A stretch of DNA of 64,000 nt from an uncultured Fibrobacterota bacterium (GTDB lineage: Bacteria > Fibrobacterota > Chitinivibrionia > Chitinivibrionales > FEN-1185): assembly GCA_963729895.1 (NCBI GenBank), contig CAVSQB010000001.1, forward strand, positions 33,868 to 97,867, read 5' to 3'. Positions 47,702 to 58,069 of the stretch are shown piece after piece; positions within the stretch are counted from its first letter, which is position 1; every line of letters starts with the position of its first letter. Position numbers and translations under genes: made by a program. The notes under the pieces were generated by a model, which had not been told where the DNA came from, made no database searches, and saw only the letters and a program-made list of their open reading frames with translations.

Positions 47702-49631
47702 CCGCGGGGCACTGCTCGTGTTCTGCGCCGGCCTGAGTTCGGCCGCGCTGCAGAGCGTTTATTTCCGCGAATGCCTTTCCGTATTTTCCGGCAACGAACT
47801 TTCCATCGGCATGATCCTTTCGGTGTGGCTCGTGTGCACCGGGGCGGGAACAATGCTGGGTTCGCGTTTGGCCGGCCTGAAAAATGACGGCCGTTTACCG
47901 GGCATGTCGGGCGCGGCGGCCCCGGCTGCGCTCGTGCTGAGCGCGGTGGCGGGAATACTGGCGATCCGCGCAAGCCGTCTGTTGTTTTTGCCCGGCGAAC
48001 TGCTGGGACCGCTTCAGATGCTGCTCGTGCTCGCGGCAAGCGAACTGCCGTTCGCGTGTGCGTACGGGTTTGTACTCGGTTCGCTGTTTACGCGGGCCGA
48101 CGCTCCGCCTAAACTGTACGGATGGGACAACGCCGGCGATTTTCTGGGCGCGCTTCTGGTATACGCGTGCGTGCTTGTGTACCTGAAGAACGCGATCATT
48201 GTCGCCATTGCCCTGGCGCCGCTTGTGGCGCTGTGCGGCCGGAGCGTGCGGTATGCGGCGCTGTGCGTTGCCGCCGTGGCGGCGCTTCTGGCGCTGGATC
48301 ATGCGAGCGTGCAATGGAAATACAGCGTGCCGGTGCACCGGATAGTTTACGGACACGAAGGGGAAATCGTGGCAGTGGGCGCCGGGGCCGACACCACGTT
48401 CCTGCAAAACGGGGTGGTGTACAAGTCGACAATGCAGAAGCCGCTTCTGGAGCAGGCGGTGCATATTCCCCTGGGGGAACGACCGCACGCGCGCCGCGCG
48501 CTCGTTATTATTGACAGAGGACACCTGGCCGAGCTTGCCAAGTATCCGGGATTGGCCGTTGACGCCATCGAAACCGAGCCGGCGTTTGCCTCGGCCGCAA
48601 GCAGGGTTGCGTCCCCGGAAACGTTTCGTCCGCTCAAACCCTACGACCTGGTCTTCATCGGCTCCGGCATTCCGCGGAGCGCAGCCTCCAACCGGTTCTA
48701 CACCCGCTCGTTTTTCCTCCGGATGAAATCGATCCTGACGGATTCCGGCATTGTCACGTTCTCGCTGCCTTTCTCCGAAAACTACCTGAGCCCTTCCGAA
48801 CTGCGGCTGTACGGCGCGCTGCAGACCACGCTCGCCGCGGTCTTCCGGAATGTTCTGGTGTTTCCTGGCGAAGGATACACGTTTATGGCCTCAAACGGGC
48901 CGCTCAACCGTTCGTGGAATGTGCGCGTGCCCACCGAGTATCTTGCGCCCTCGACTATTCCGGCCCTGTCCGACGACCGGATGGAACGTGCGAACCGGAA
49001 ACCGGCCGTCGCCTATGTGAACTCGCAGAACAGGCCGATCACCCTGTATCTCGGGATCAGGACCTGGGTGGAACTTTTCGGCGGCGGGATGATGGTTGTG
49101 GGCGCGCTCTTTGTTCTCCTGTGCGCCCTTGCGCTGTGGGTGCTGCCCAAAACGCGGGCCGCGCTGTCGGTGGGCACCAGCGGGCTGGCGCTGGGCGCCT
49201 ACTCGGTCTGCCTCCTTCTTATCTATCAATCAACCTACGGCGCGCTCTACTCGCGCGTGTCGCTGCTGCTGGTGGCCCTGGCCGTCGGCTTCACGCTCGG
49301 CGCGTTGGTCAAGAAATTTCCGTGGTCGGACGCCGCGGTGGGACTCTACTGCGGCGGCACGCTTGCGCTGCTTGCCGTGGTCCCCGGCCCGCCGGCGCTG
49401 CTTTTTTACGCCCTGCACGCGGGCGCGGGAGTTCTCGGCGGGGCGCAGATCGTGTCGCGGAAAAATGCCGGCCTCGGGGAATTGTTTGCGGCGGACCTGT
49501 TCGGCGGCGCCGTTGGCATGGCGCTGTGCTCCACCGTGCTGGCGCCGCTGGTGGGGATCGTGCCGGTGGCGGCGGGCATAGGGGTGGTGAAGATTGTTAC
49601 GGAACTCGCGGCTGTGAAGCGGGCGGCGTGA
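47676..49631 (+). CDS. Membrane protein with central spermidine synthase-like domain
   Basis: N- and C-terminal TM bundles (SGNELSIG, ADLFGGAVG); central NRFYT..FF and NSQNRP; start uncertain. Confidence 0.75.
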   Translation: MPYISTNNNRGALLVFCAGLSSAALQSVYFRECLSVFSGNELSIGMILSVWLVCTGAGTMLGSRLAGLKNDGRLPGMSGAAAPAALVLSAVAGILAIRASRLLFLPGELLGPLQMLLVLAASELPFACAYGFVLGSLFTRADAPPKLYGWDNAGDFLGALLVYACVLVYLKNAIIVAIALAPLVALCGRSVRYAALCVAAVAALLALDHASVQWKYSVPVHRIVYGHEGEIVAVGAGADTTFLQNGVVYKSTMQKPLLEQAVHIPLGERPHARRALVIIDRGHLAELAKYPGLAVDAIETEPAFASAASRVASPETFRPLKPYDLVFIGSGIPRSAASNRFYTRSFFLRMKSILTDSGIVTFSLPFSENYLSPSELRLYGALQTTLAAVFRNVLVFPGEGYTFMASNGPLNRSWNVRVPTEYLAPSTIPALSDDRMERANRKPAVAYVNSQNRPITLYLGIRTWVELFGGGMMVVGALFVLLCALALWVLPKTRAALSVGTSGLALGAYSVCLLLIYQSTYGALYSRVSLLLVALAVGFTLGALVKKFPWSDAAVGLYCGGTLALLAVVPGPPALLFYALHAGAGVLGGAQIVSRKNAGLGELFAADLFGGAVGMALCSTVLAPLVGIVPVAAGIGVVKIVTELAAVKRAA

Positions 49632-49653
49632 GGAGCGCTAATTCCACATTTTA

Positions 49654-49908
49654 TCAAACAAGCTTCCAGACGCCATTTCTCTTAACCTCTTCATACATTG
49701 CGTCCGGGGCAAGATCAATGTTCCCGGGCCACTCGACAAAGCCGTGTGCGCAATTGACATCGGAAAAGACAGCGGGGTTTCTTAATGCCTCAAAAACGCC
49801 ATTCAAATGGTTTTCCGAGAAGATCACCTCGCCGGTAAGGCCGTCGCTGAAAGTCACTTTGAGATGCAGGTGCTCCAGGGGTTTCACTTCCACGACATCG
49901 TAATTCAT
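49654..49908 (-). CDS. DUF2442 protein (putative antitoxin)
   Basis: LKVTFSDG, VEWPGNIDLAPDAMY; paired with DUF4160. Confidence 0.88.
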   Translation of the reverse strand: MNYDVVEVKPLEHLHLKVTFSDGLTGEVIFSENHLNGVFEALRNPAVFSDVNCAHGFVEWPGNIDLAPDAMYEEVKRNGVWKLV

Positions 49909-49913
49909 TCTAT

Positions 49914-50174
49914 TCACTCCAGGGGAACTATCTTTTTGGGCTGTTGCTTGTTCCGACTGAGCTCCCAATCTTGTCGCAATTCTTCTCGATGTAATGCTGC
50001 CCACTCAAGCACCAAGCCAAGGGTGCGGTTCGGAAGTTTGCCGTCAAGGATTTCCAACGTATCAATGGATATTTTCGCTTTATATTCGCCATATTCAGCA
50101 TGAAAATGCGAAGGTATATGATCGTCGAAAAACATACGAATAATAATTCCGAAGAACATTGAAATGGTCGGCAT
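49914..50174 (-). CDS. DUF4160 protein (putative toxin, HicA-like)
   Basis: MPTISMFFGIIIRM, HIPSHFHAEY, VLEWAALH. Confidence 0.9.
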   Translation of the reverse strand: MPTISMFFGIIIRMFFDDHIPSHFHAEYGEYKAKISIDTLEILDGKLPNRTLGLVLEWAALHREELRQDWELSRNKQQPKKIVPLE

Positions 50175-50508
50175 GATTGGTCCTTCCTACCAACGAAAAC
50201 AAAAATATATCCCGCACTGTGCAAGGTACCTCCAAGATGGATGCGAAACCGTCCCGACAAATCGCATAATAATTTACAACCCAATTCGTAGTCTTCTTTT
50301 TACTATATGTTAATAAACCCTTGTTGTGAGATCGCAGCAAACCGGCAGAGGACGAACTTTAAGGAGAGCCGCCGCATGCCAGGCGCTTTACGCGGGAGCG
50401 GAACCGGCATTGTCAACAGTACATCGGGATCGGGACAACGGGAACATCCACGGCGCTCGTCAGTACATCACTTCTCTTTGGTCTCTCCTAAGCGTTAAGG
50501 AACATTGA

Positions 50509-53124
50509 TTGCTTTTTCGCATACTCCTTCTTATCTCCTTTGCGCTTCTCGCCCTTGACGAGGTATGCGGGCAGCAGGCGCCAGGTTCCAAAAGCGACAA
50601 CTCCGGGTATTCAAGTGCCGGCTCCGGCGTGACCTCGTCCGTGGGTTTCTCCGGCGAACCGCAACTGGTTTCCGGAGGAAATATCGATGTCCCGCCGCGA
50701 TGGTTGAAGAAGGGCGTGGAGGGAAGCGTTTCCGTGAGGGTTGATATCCGGCAGGACGGGACGGTGGAGAGATGCGCGCTGCTGAAAAGCAGCAACCCCC
50801 TCCTGGATTCGCTCGTCCTTGCGAACGTTCCCCGGTTTGTGTATTCTCCCGCCGTGGAAAAGGGCCAGGCGGTTGCCTCCACCGTTGATCTCGAGATACT
50901 GTTTAATCCTGACAGCATACTTGCGAAAAGCAAAGACGCGCCGCCGGAAATCGAAGGAACGGTTCTGGATCGGGATACCAGGATGCCGCTGACGGACGCC
51001 GTCCTCCACATGCAGTTCGCCGATTCAACGAGCGATCCGGATATTTCCATCGGGTTCAACAGATATGTGAAAATGATCGGCGCCGTTCCCGGCCAAACAA
51101 CCAGAAGAAGCATTCTCTCAACTGCGGCGGATTCCACGGGCCATTTTGCTTTCCGGCTGTTGCCGGACTGTCCCGCAACCGTCTCGGTCCAGGCGCGCGG
51201 AAGGGAGATTGCGCATTTTACCGAGCATCCCCGGTCCGGGCATCGCATCTTCGTCAAATATTTTCTCGGGAGAATCGCTCAAGAACCGTCCTCTTCCGAT
51301 TCGTCAAACACAATCACCGTGTACGGCAGGCAAGCCGGGACAGAGGTCGTGAGCGTTGAGCGGCAGGAAGTGGAGACCGGGCTCACGCATTATGTGAGCA
51401 AACTCCTGATCCAACAATCGGCCATCCGGCAGGTTCCGGAAGCCGGATCGGCGCTGCTGGTGCGGTCGGCGGGCCCTTTTGACAACCGGTATTTGCTGGC
51501 CGGAGTGCCGTTTCTGGCGCCCTTTCACTTTGGCGGGAGCCCCTATGCGGATATTGATGGAATGATGGTTTCTACATTGAGTGATATTACCATAACAGTA
51601 GATAGAATTGCCGGGCGGTACACCGATGCGTGCGGTGCTCTGATTGAGGCGAATCCGGGAATTTATCGCCCGGCAGATCCAAAATTGATCAGAAGACCTG
51701 AAATGTCTATTGACTTTAGCATGATGAGCGTAGACTTCCTCCTATCGGTTCCTGTTGGAATGCATACGAATGATTATCTGCAGATAGGGTTCAGTTGCGC
51801 AGATAATTATGACATCAAGATGCTCTATGATCTCTATGGAATGTCCGGCGAGGCCGACTTAGATCTTGGGCAGCCCTATTCGTTTTATAATGTTACCGCC
51901 ACCGCTACAAACACTGTTAATTCATTGCAGTTTGATTCATATGCATGGTTGGCATTGGACGAGTACGATCAGGAGACTGTGCCCTGGGGGATGGCCAGCG
52001 TTCGCATGCATCCGGTTGGACAGGACAATCTGTCGGTTCTTTGCGGCGGATCGCGCCAGTATTTTGCAAAGGGCAAAAGGGTCGGGAACAATGACTTTCT
52101 CAGAACGGCGTATTTGAACAACGGCGAAATTCAAGGAACAATCGACAGCGTCATCAGCGGTGTGGTCGACATGAACCTCGATTGCAGGATCGACTACCAG
52201 GATTGGCACGGCTCGGTGATCCAGCGCGATACGACGGGGATCGACACGGGCGTTAGCGCAAAAGGCGACGAGGCCGGATGCCATGTCCATGGGTGCTTCA
52301 CCAAGGAACTGGGGCCGATAAAAGGTATGGCAGACCTTTTGTGCTCCGGCATTCTCTACGGGAAAACGCCGGATGTGCTATTCGACGCCGGTTTTTCTTT
52401 GTTTTGGAACATACAAGATTTTCAAACCGAACTCCATTTCGGACGTGTGACCAGCCGGCCCGATATTCGCGGCTTGCCGGACAGCGCCTTTCGACAACAG
52501 CATTTGGAATCGTACCTCGTGTCATTGCCCGTTTCTTATCGGGGCGAATTCCTAACAAAACTCGGTATTCAGCCCTATTTCAGATTTCAGGACAGATGCC
52601 CGCAGATGGACCCAATGCTTAACATCTGGGATACGGCCGGCACAACGGCTCTCTTCGCCGAGGGCGTTGATATTGATGGAGAACTGCAGCCGTTTTCATG
52701 GGCTGCGATTCACGGGGCTTTGAATCTGGCGTCGGCGCAACGGTCCAAAGACAACCACGATTCACTCTATGAATGGGAAATTCCCTGGACGATCAGGGGC
52801 GGGTTACACTGTTCGTTTCTAAGAAACCTGGTTCACCTCTACCTCGACTATACACTGACAAAAGGCTTACCCTACTACGATTTCAACGAGAAAGCGTACT
52901 TAGAACTGCCAGACTATGGAAGATTGGATGTCAGTGTGCAATACCGGTCGCCAATCCAACCAAATCGTTTCATTACTCGATACGATGCCTACTTCAATGT
53001 ATACAACGCACTCGACACCTATAATGTTCGTGATTATTTCTGGAATAGACAAATGCAACGAATGCCCATATGGTTATCGCCGGTCAATTGCGATATGGGC
53101 TTGCGGCTTGGACTACGCCTGTGA
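50509..53124 (+). CDS. TonB-C domain fused to a TonB-dependent receptor-like outer membrane protein
   Basis: GVEGSVSVRVDIRQDG (TonB-C), carboxypeptidase-like domain, plug-like LLVRSA...PFHFGG, barrel end LPDYGRLDVS...NVYN. Confidence 0.75.
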   Translation: MLFRILLLISFALLALDEVCGQQAPGSKSDNSGYSSAGSGVTSSVGFSGEPQLVSGGNIDVPPRWLKKGVEGSVSVRVDIRQDGTVERCALLKSSNPLLDSLVLANVPRFVYSPAVEKGQAVASTVDLEILFNPDSILAKSKDAPPEIEGTVLDRDTRMPLTDAVLHMQFADSTSDPDISIGFNRYVKMIGAVPGQTTRRSILSTAADSTGHFAFRLLPDCPATVSVQARGREIAHFTEHPRSGHRIFVKYFLGRIAQEPSSSDSSNTITVYGRQAGTEVVSVERQEVETGLTHYVSKLLIQQSAIRQVPEAGSALLVRSAGPFDNRYLLAGVPFLAPFHFGGSPYADIDGMMVSTLSDITITVDRIAGRYTDACGALIEANPGIYRPADPKLIRRPEMSIDFSMMSVDFLLSVPVGMHTNDYLQIGFSCADNYDIKMLYDLYGMSGEADLDLGQPYSFYNVTATATNTVNSLQFDSYAWLALDEYDQETVPWGMASVRMHPVGQDNLSVLCGGSRQYFAKGKRVGNNDFLRTAYLNNGEIQGTIDSVISGVVDMNLDCRIDYQDWHGSVIQRDTTGIDTGVSAKGDEAGCHVHGCFTKELGPIKGMADLLCSGILYGKTPDVLFDAGFSLFWNIQDFQTELHFGRVTSRPDIRGLPDSAFRQQHLESYLVSLPVSYRGEFLTKLGIQPYFRFQDRCPQMDPMLNIWDTAGTTALFAEGVDIDGELQPFSWAAIHGALNLASAQRSKDNHDSLYEWEIPWTIRGGLHCSFLRNLVHLYLDYTLTKGLPYYDFNEKAYLELPDYGRLDVSVQYRSPIQPNRFITRYDAYFNVYNALDTYNVRDYFWNRQMQRMPIWLSPVNCDMGLRLGLRL

Positions 53125-53299
53125 CAAATGCGACAAGGTTCGTCGCCCGTGGCAAGACAATGCTTGCAGATGGTGCGGGGACCTGGCCGAAGCGTTTCCC
53201 CCAAGGAAGTGGAATAAACGCGGGCTCGATTTGGGGGCTGATCCTAGATAGTATATTACATGATTCGCACCCGGACTAACCCTTGACGGAATAGAACCA

Positions 53300-54604
53300 A
53301 TGGACTTCCTCACGCATGTTCCCGCTTTTGCCCGAGTGGGCGCCTCGTTTCTCGGCATCCTTGTCGCCTACCGTCTCGGGCTGGGCCTCGGCTACTCGAT
53401 CCTGCTGTTCGCCTCGGTATTGACCTTATGGACCGGCACCGGGTTTGCCGGCGCCGCATTTCAGGCCCGGATGCTGGCGTCGCCGGAGAACTATCTTTTG
53501 CTTGCCGTTATTCTCATGCTTCTGTTCTTTACCGAAGCGCTCGACAAAACCGGTAGAATGCGGCGCACCATAGATGCCCTGGAGGCGTGGCTGAGAAGTC
53601 CGAGGCTGCTTCTTGCCGGCTTTCCGGCCCTGGTTGGGCTGTTGCCGATGCCGGGCGGGGCACTGTTCTCAGCGCCGCTTGTGGCCGCGGTGGACAAGGA
53701 CAACCGCCTCCTGCCCGCCCACAAGGTGGCCATCAATTACTGGTTCAGGCATATCTGGGAATACTGGTGGCCGCTGTATCCGGGCATTATCCTTGCGATC
53801 AAGTATTCGGGAATACCGTCTGCGCTGTTCTTTTTGATCCAGATGCCCTACACCGTTGTGTCGGCCGTGGCCGGATTCTTTTTCATCATGCGAAAGGCGG
53901 GAGCCGCGGGAAGCGCCGCGCCGCTGGGCAGACTCGACCTCCGGGCGGCCTTGTCGGCGCTGTGGCCCATTGCGCTCCTGGTGGTGATGTCGCTCGCCGG
54001 GTCGTTTATGCTCCCTGCCGCGGGAATGACCAGGACCCTTGCAAATATCGCGGGCATGGTCGGAGGCCTGGGTGCGGGACTTGTCGCGGTGTTTGCCGGG
54101 AACCCCGGGGCGCTCAGGCGCGCGGCGACACTGTTTGCAAAAAGGAATACCTGGGACATGATGCTGCTCGTGCTGGGAATCCAGGTGTTTTCGGCCGCGC
54201 TGAGCTGTCCCCTTGGCGGTTCGAAAAGCGCCACGCTTGTCACGGCCATGCGCGACGAGTTCCTTGCAATGGGAATTCCCATTGGGCTCGTTATCGCGCT
54301 GATTCCGTTCATTTCCGGCGCGGTCACGGGCGTTGCATTCGGTTTTGTGGGCGCGAGTTTTCCAATCGTGTTCGCCCTGCTCGGCGCGTCGCCCGCCCTC
54401 CACGTTGTGTGCGCGGCCACGGTATTCGCCTACGGGTGCGGATACGTGGGCATGCTCCTGTCGCCGGTCCACATCTGTTTCGTGGTGACAAACGAGTACT
54501 TCAAGACGCGGCTGTACAGTTCGTACCGATACATTCTTGCGCCGGCCCTGTGCGTGCTGGCCGCGTGTTTGATCATGTCCGGCGTGTATTATTACCTCTT
54601 TTGA
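53300..54604 (+). CDS. DUF401-family membrane protein (putative transporter)
   Basis: GLLPMPGGALFSAP, NYWFRHIWEYWWPLYPG, LSPVHIC. Confidence 0.88.
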   Translation: MDFLTHVPAFARVGASFLGILVAYRLGLGLGYSILLFASVLTLWTGTGFAGAAFQARMLASPENYLLLAVILMLLFFTEALDKTGRMRRTIDALEAWLRSPRLLLAGFPALVGLLPMPGGALFSAPLVAAVDKDNRLLPAHKVAINYWFRHIWEYWWPLYPGIILAIKYSGIPSALFFLIQMPYTVVSAVAGFFFIMRKAGAAGSAAPLGRLDLRAALSALWPIALLVVMSLAGSFMLPAAGMTRTLANIAGMVGGLGAGLVAVFAGNPGALRRAATLFAKRNTWDMMLLVLGIQVFSAALSCPLGGSKSATLVTAMRDEFLAMGIPIGLVIALIPFISGAVTGVAFGFVGASFPIVFALLGASPALHVVCAATVFAYGCGYVGMLLSPVHICFVVTNEYFKTRLYSSYRYILAPALCVLAACLIMSGVYYYLF

Positions 54605-54759
54605 GAGGCGGCAGGTCCTGGTGCCGATGTAGCACGGCCCCGTATGATTGACAACCGTACGCAGGAGGGCATATATTTAGCCCCAGAGCGGTCGATAGGA
54701 GGGCTGCGGCCGCCCTCCTGCCCGCAAACGAGCAATTCCCTATCGGTAAGGATTTGTCG

Positions 54760-57576
54760 ATGGTCAAGCGACTCCTGATCCTGCCTCTTATGTATCTACT
54801 TCTTTGTTCCCCGAACAGGCCGAGCACAGGCGTGCCGGTGATAAGCCATGCCGGCATGCGGAAAATCGCGGCAACCGGGAAATCGTTTGTCCAGGGAGCG
54901 AACGATTCGCAAAGCACCCCGGACGAACAACCGGGCATGACATGCAGGTTCACGTACGATTATTGGCTTGACACCGCCGAAGTGACCCAGGAGGAATATG
55001 CAAGCGTGACCGGAGTGCAGCCGGTGCCGTCGGCGAGCCCCTACGGCAGCGGAAATCTCTATCCCGTGTACGACGTGAGCTGGTACGACGCGATTTTGTT
55101 TTGCAACAAGAAGAGCAAACGTGACAGTCTTGACACAGTATACTCCTATTTCGGAACCCCCAAGGCCGAGTCCGGCAGCGTTTACGAGATCGACGGGTTG
55201 CGCATCAATACCGGCAGCAACGGCTACCGCCTGCCCACCGAGTCGGAGTGGGAATACGCGGCGCGTGAAGGAACCTCTACGATCCCGTTTCCGCATTTGT
55301 CCGACAGCGCCACGGCGAAGGCGTATGCGTGGTATTCGTCAAACGCAAAAGGGACAACGCAACCCGTGGCGACAAAAGTGCCCAACGCATTCGGCCTGTA
55401 CGACATGGCGGGCAATGTGTTTGAGTGGACGCAGGACTGGAAATGCTTCTATACGGTCAAGAGCATCACAAATTCCTTTGGGGCCCCGGTGCCGAATGAG
55501 AGCAACGAAAAGGTCCTGAAAGGCGGATCATTTGAGCACGGGTTCATAAGCCTGAGGCCGTCACGGCGGCAGACAACCTACCCGACGTCGCTGTCGCAAT
55601 ATGCGGAATACATCGGTTTCCGCTGCGCGCTCGGCGCCATACCCGGCCCGTCGTATATAACCTTGGACACCTCGAGCACGGCGACGAACGCGACGAACCT
55701 GCTTGCGTCGTCGACCCGGCAGAGCGTGGGCACCACGCGCGTAGAAGTTGTGTTTGTGAACGTAACGGACAATCTCAGGACCCTCTGTTACCTCAATTAC
55801 AACAACCCCATTCCGTACATTTACGAGTTCAAGGATGTCTCAAACGTCAATGCGCCGTCGATTTCCCCGGACGGCAGGTATGTGGCCTATTGCACGGCCG
55901 GCGTCGGCGCACAGGGCGCGGCGGCTATTTACATCAGGAGCCTGGATTCAATGGCCGGCGCTCCGGTGCAACTGCCGTGCGACAGTGCGTTTGAGCCGCG
56001 CTGGTGGGTAGACCCCGCGACGCTGGACACGTTTCTCATTTTCACCACGTCCGCAATCGACAACACGTCTCCGGCATGGACGAACAGCCAGACCCGGATG
56101 TGGCGCGTTTCCGGCGGCGTCGCGGCAGGCAACCAGCAGATCGTGACCGCCAGCGGCGGCTTTCACGACGGTCGGTCGGCAAACGGCCGGTATCTGGTGA
56201 CCGGATACCGCAACCTGGTGATGCGGGACCTTGTGGGCAACACGAACCTTCAGCTGTTTGTGTCGCCGCACAACGGCAAACCCGCGAACGGTTCCACGCA
56301 GGCATGCAATGCCTCGATGTGCACGGACGGCGCCTACAACGGCCGGTGCATGTTTTTGGATTTCGGCAGTCCCGCGACGAGCACATTGACAGGCGCGACA
56401 TACGGGGTTCACCAGTATATTTTCGTGGCCGATGCCGCCGATTCGGTGATAAGCTGGTACCCCTGCCCGAACGGGGAAAGCGCGTGGGACAATCCGGAAT
56501 GGTCGAACAATGCCGGCTTTGCAATTGCAACAGGATGCAACGGCATGGGCGTGCCGGATGACATCTACATCGTCGGCCTGAAGCCCCAGGCGTATCAGGA
56601 GATCGTGTCGGGTGCGTCCCTTGCGGAGCCTGCGCTGTGGATAGCGCCGGGGTCCATTGGGGACGTTGCCTCTGGCGACTCGCTCAATCTTGACAGTCTG
56701 GGACAGTACGATGATCCGGCGCTCTCGTACAACATCGGCGTCTTAACAAAGCGGATGCAGGGATTCTGGCAGCATCACCGTGCCATGAGCGTGGTGTTTC
56801 TCGGCAGTTCGCACACGTCATACGGCATCGATCCGAATTATTTCACGGCCAACCAGGTTGCCAACATGTCGATTTTCGGCGGCCCGTTTTCGGTGGCCAA
56901 ATTCCTTACCTCGAACTATTTACTTACCCAGGATCCGTCCCTGAGGCTTGTCGGCTGCGATTTGATACCGGCAACCATGAACTGGACGAATTATTTCACG
57001 CCATGGCCGCTTATTGCCGACAACCTGGGTTTCAATTACGATCAAAACCACGGGTGTTGGAAAACAGGGCTCCCGGATAATTTTGAAAAGTTGGTTGCTC
57101 TGGCGCCCTGCCCGGATCTTCCGAGCGTGGACACGCTTGGCTCAGATCATTCCGCAGTATGCAGCGGCTGGGGCGGCTCCAGCCCCGATCTTTCGGGAGG
57201 CGGAACTACCTGGTCACCGGATAGCGACCCGCAATACCCGATAAATCTTGCCATACTCAAAGGGGTCGCCAGCCAGCTCTACGCAAACAGAATACATTTC
57301 CTTTTGTATATCACCCCGGAAAGCCCATATTACAAGAATACCGATTCTTACGGGAGATACGGACCGAGCTGGCCGACTGCGGAGGCCATCATAGCGCAGA
57401 TAAAGTCGTGGCAGGACACGTTTCCCGGGTATTTCCATTTTTATGACGCGAACCTTGACGGAAACCACGACTACGCGGACAGCGAAGCCTCCGACTGCGA
57501 GCACCTCTGCACGGTGGGAGCGAAAAAACTGAGCAGGCGCATGGACTCGGTGGTGGCGTCTATCCTGGGTCAATGA
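54760..57576 (+). CDS. TIGR02171-like Fibrobacter paralogous-family protein (FGE domain + TolB-like + SGNH-like C-terminus)
   Basis: EVTQ, GYRLPTESEWEYAA, DMAGNVFEW, IGFRCA; PSISPDG..VAYCT, WDNPEW; FLGSS, PESPYYKNT, DCEHL. Confidence 0.82.
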   Translation: MVKRLLILPLMYLLLCSPNRPSTGVPVISHAGMRKIAATGKSFVQGANDSQSTPDEQPGMTCRFTYDYWLDTAEVTQEEYASVTGVQPVPSASPYGSGNLYPVYDVSWYDAILFCNKKSKRDSLDTVYSYFGTPKAESGSVYEIDGLRINTGSNGYRLPTESEWEYAAREGTSTIPFPHLSDSATAKAYAWYSSNAKGTTQPVATKVPNAFGLYDMAGNVFEWTQDWKCFYTVKSITNSFGAPVPNESNEKVLKGGSFEHGFISLRPSRRQTTYPTSLSQYAEYIGFRCALGAIPGPSYITLDTSSTATNATNLLASSTRQSVGTTRVEVVFVNVTDNLRTLCYLNYNNPIPYIYEFKDVSNVNAPSISPDGRYVAYCTAGVGAQGAAAIYIRSLDSMAGAPVQLPCDSAFEPRWWVDPATLDTFLIFTTSAIDNTSPAWTNSQTRMWRVSGGVAAGNQQIVTASGGFHDGRSANGRYLVTGYRNLVMRDLVGNTNLQLFVSPHNGKPANGSTQACNASMCTDGAYNGRCMFLDFGSPATSTLTGATYGVHQYIFVADAADSVISWYPCPNGESAWDNPEWSNNAGFAIATGCNGMGVPDDIYIVGLKPQAYQEIVSGASLAEPALWIAPGSIGDVASGDSLNLDSLGQYDDPALSYNIGVLTKRMQGFWQHHRAMSVVFLGSSHTSYGIDPNYFTANQVANMSIFGGPFSVAKFLTSNYLLTQDPSLRLVGCDLIPATMNWTNYFTPWPLIADNLGFNYDQNHGCWKTGLPDNFEKLVALAPCPDLPSVDTLGSDHSAVCSGWGGSSPDLSGGGTTWSPDSDPQYPINLAILKGVASQLYANRIHFLLYITPESPYYKNTDSYGRYGPSWPTAEAIIAQIKSWQDTFPGYFHFYDANLDGNHDYADSEASDCEHLCTVGAKKLSRRMDSVVASILGQ

Positions 57577-57633
57577 GATGCGGACGTTTCCGTGAGGCCG
57601 GATGCGACACTTGCCCGCCGCCGGAGAATGGTG

Positions 57634-58059
57634 ATGAAAAAATTACTTGCTCCGCTGTTCTTGTGTGCCGTATTGGTTGTCTATTGTGGCTGCACTAACT
57701 ACGGGGTATCCGACCGCTTGTTCGGAATTGCCGGGATAACGTATGACGCGAAGGACAGCACGGTTCTCAAGGGGACATCCGTGAAATTGACAGATTTTTG
57801 GGGTCATCCTAAGAACCCCGTTCCTGATGTCAATACTGTCAGCGACTCCACGGGCTTTTTCTACATTGAAGAGGACGTAGGTATCTACGTGGACTACTAT
57901 CTATGGGGGGGGACAACCACCTATGAGGCGGAGTCCTGCAGAGTGATTTTTTCCAAGCCGGGATATCGCAATGACTCGATGGTTCTCAGAGGAGCCTCCC
58001 TGTCTTTGGATACGGCAAGCGGAAGCAAAGGAGATTCAATCTACCTACAGAGGGATTAA
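57634..58059 (+). CDS. Exported/lipoprotein with carboxypeptidase-regulatory-like domain
   Basis: MKK-hydrophobic-Cys N-terminus; IAGITYD, SDSTGFF, FSKPGY. Confidence 0.65.
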   Translation: MKKLLAPLFLCAVLVVYCGCTNYGVSDRLFGIAGITYDAKDSTVLKGTSVKLTDFWGHPKNPVPDVNTVSDSTGFFYIEEDVGIYVDYYLWGGTTTYEAESCRVIFSKPGYRNDSMVLRGASLSLDTASGSKGDSIYLQRD

Positions 58060-58069
58060 TACTCCATTT

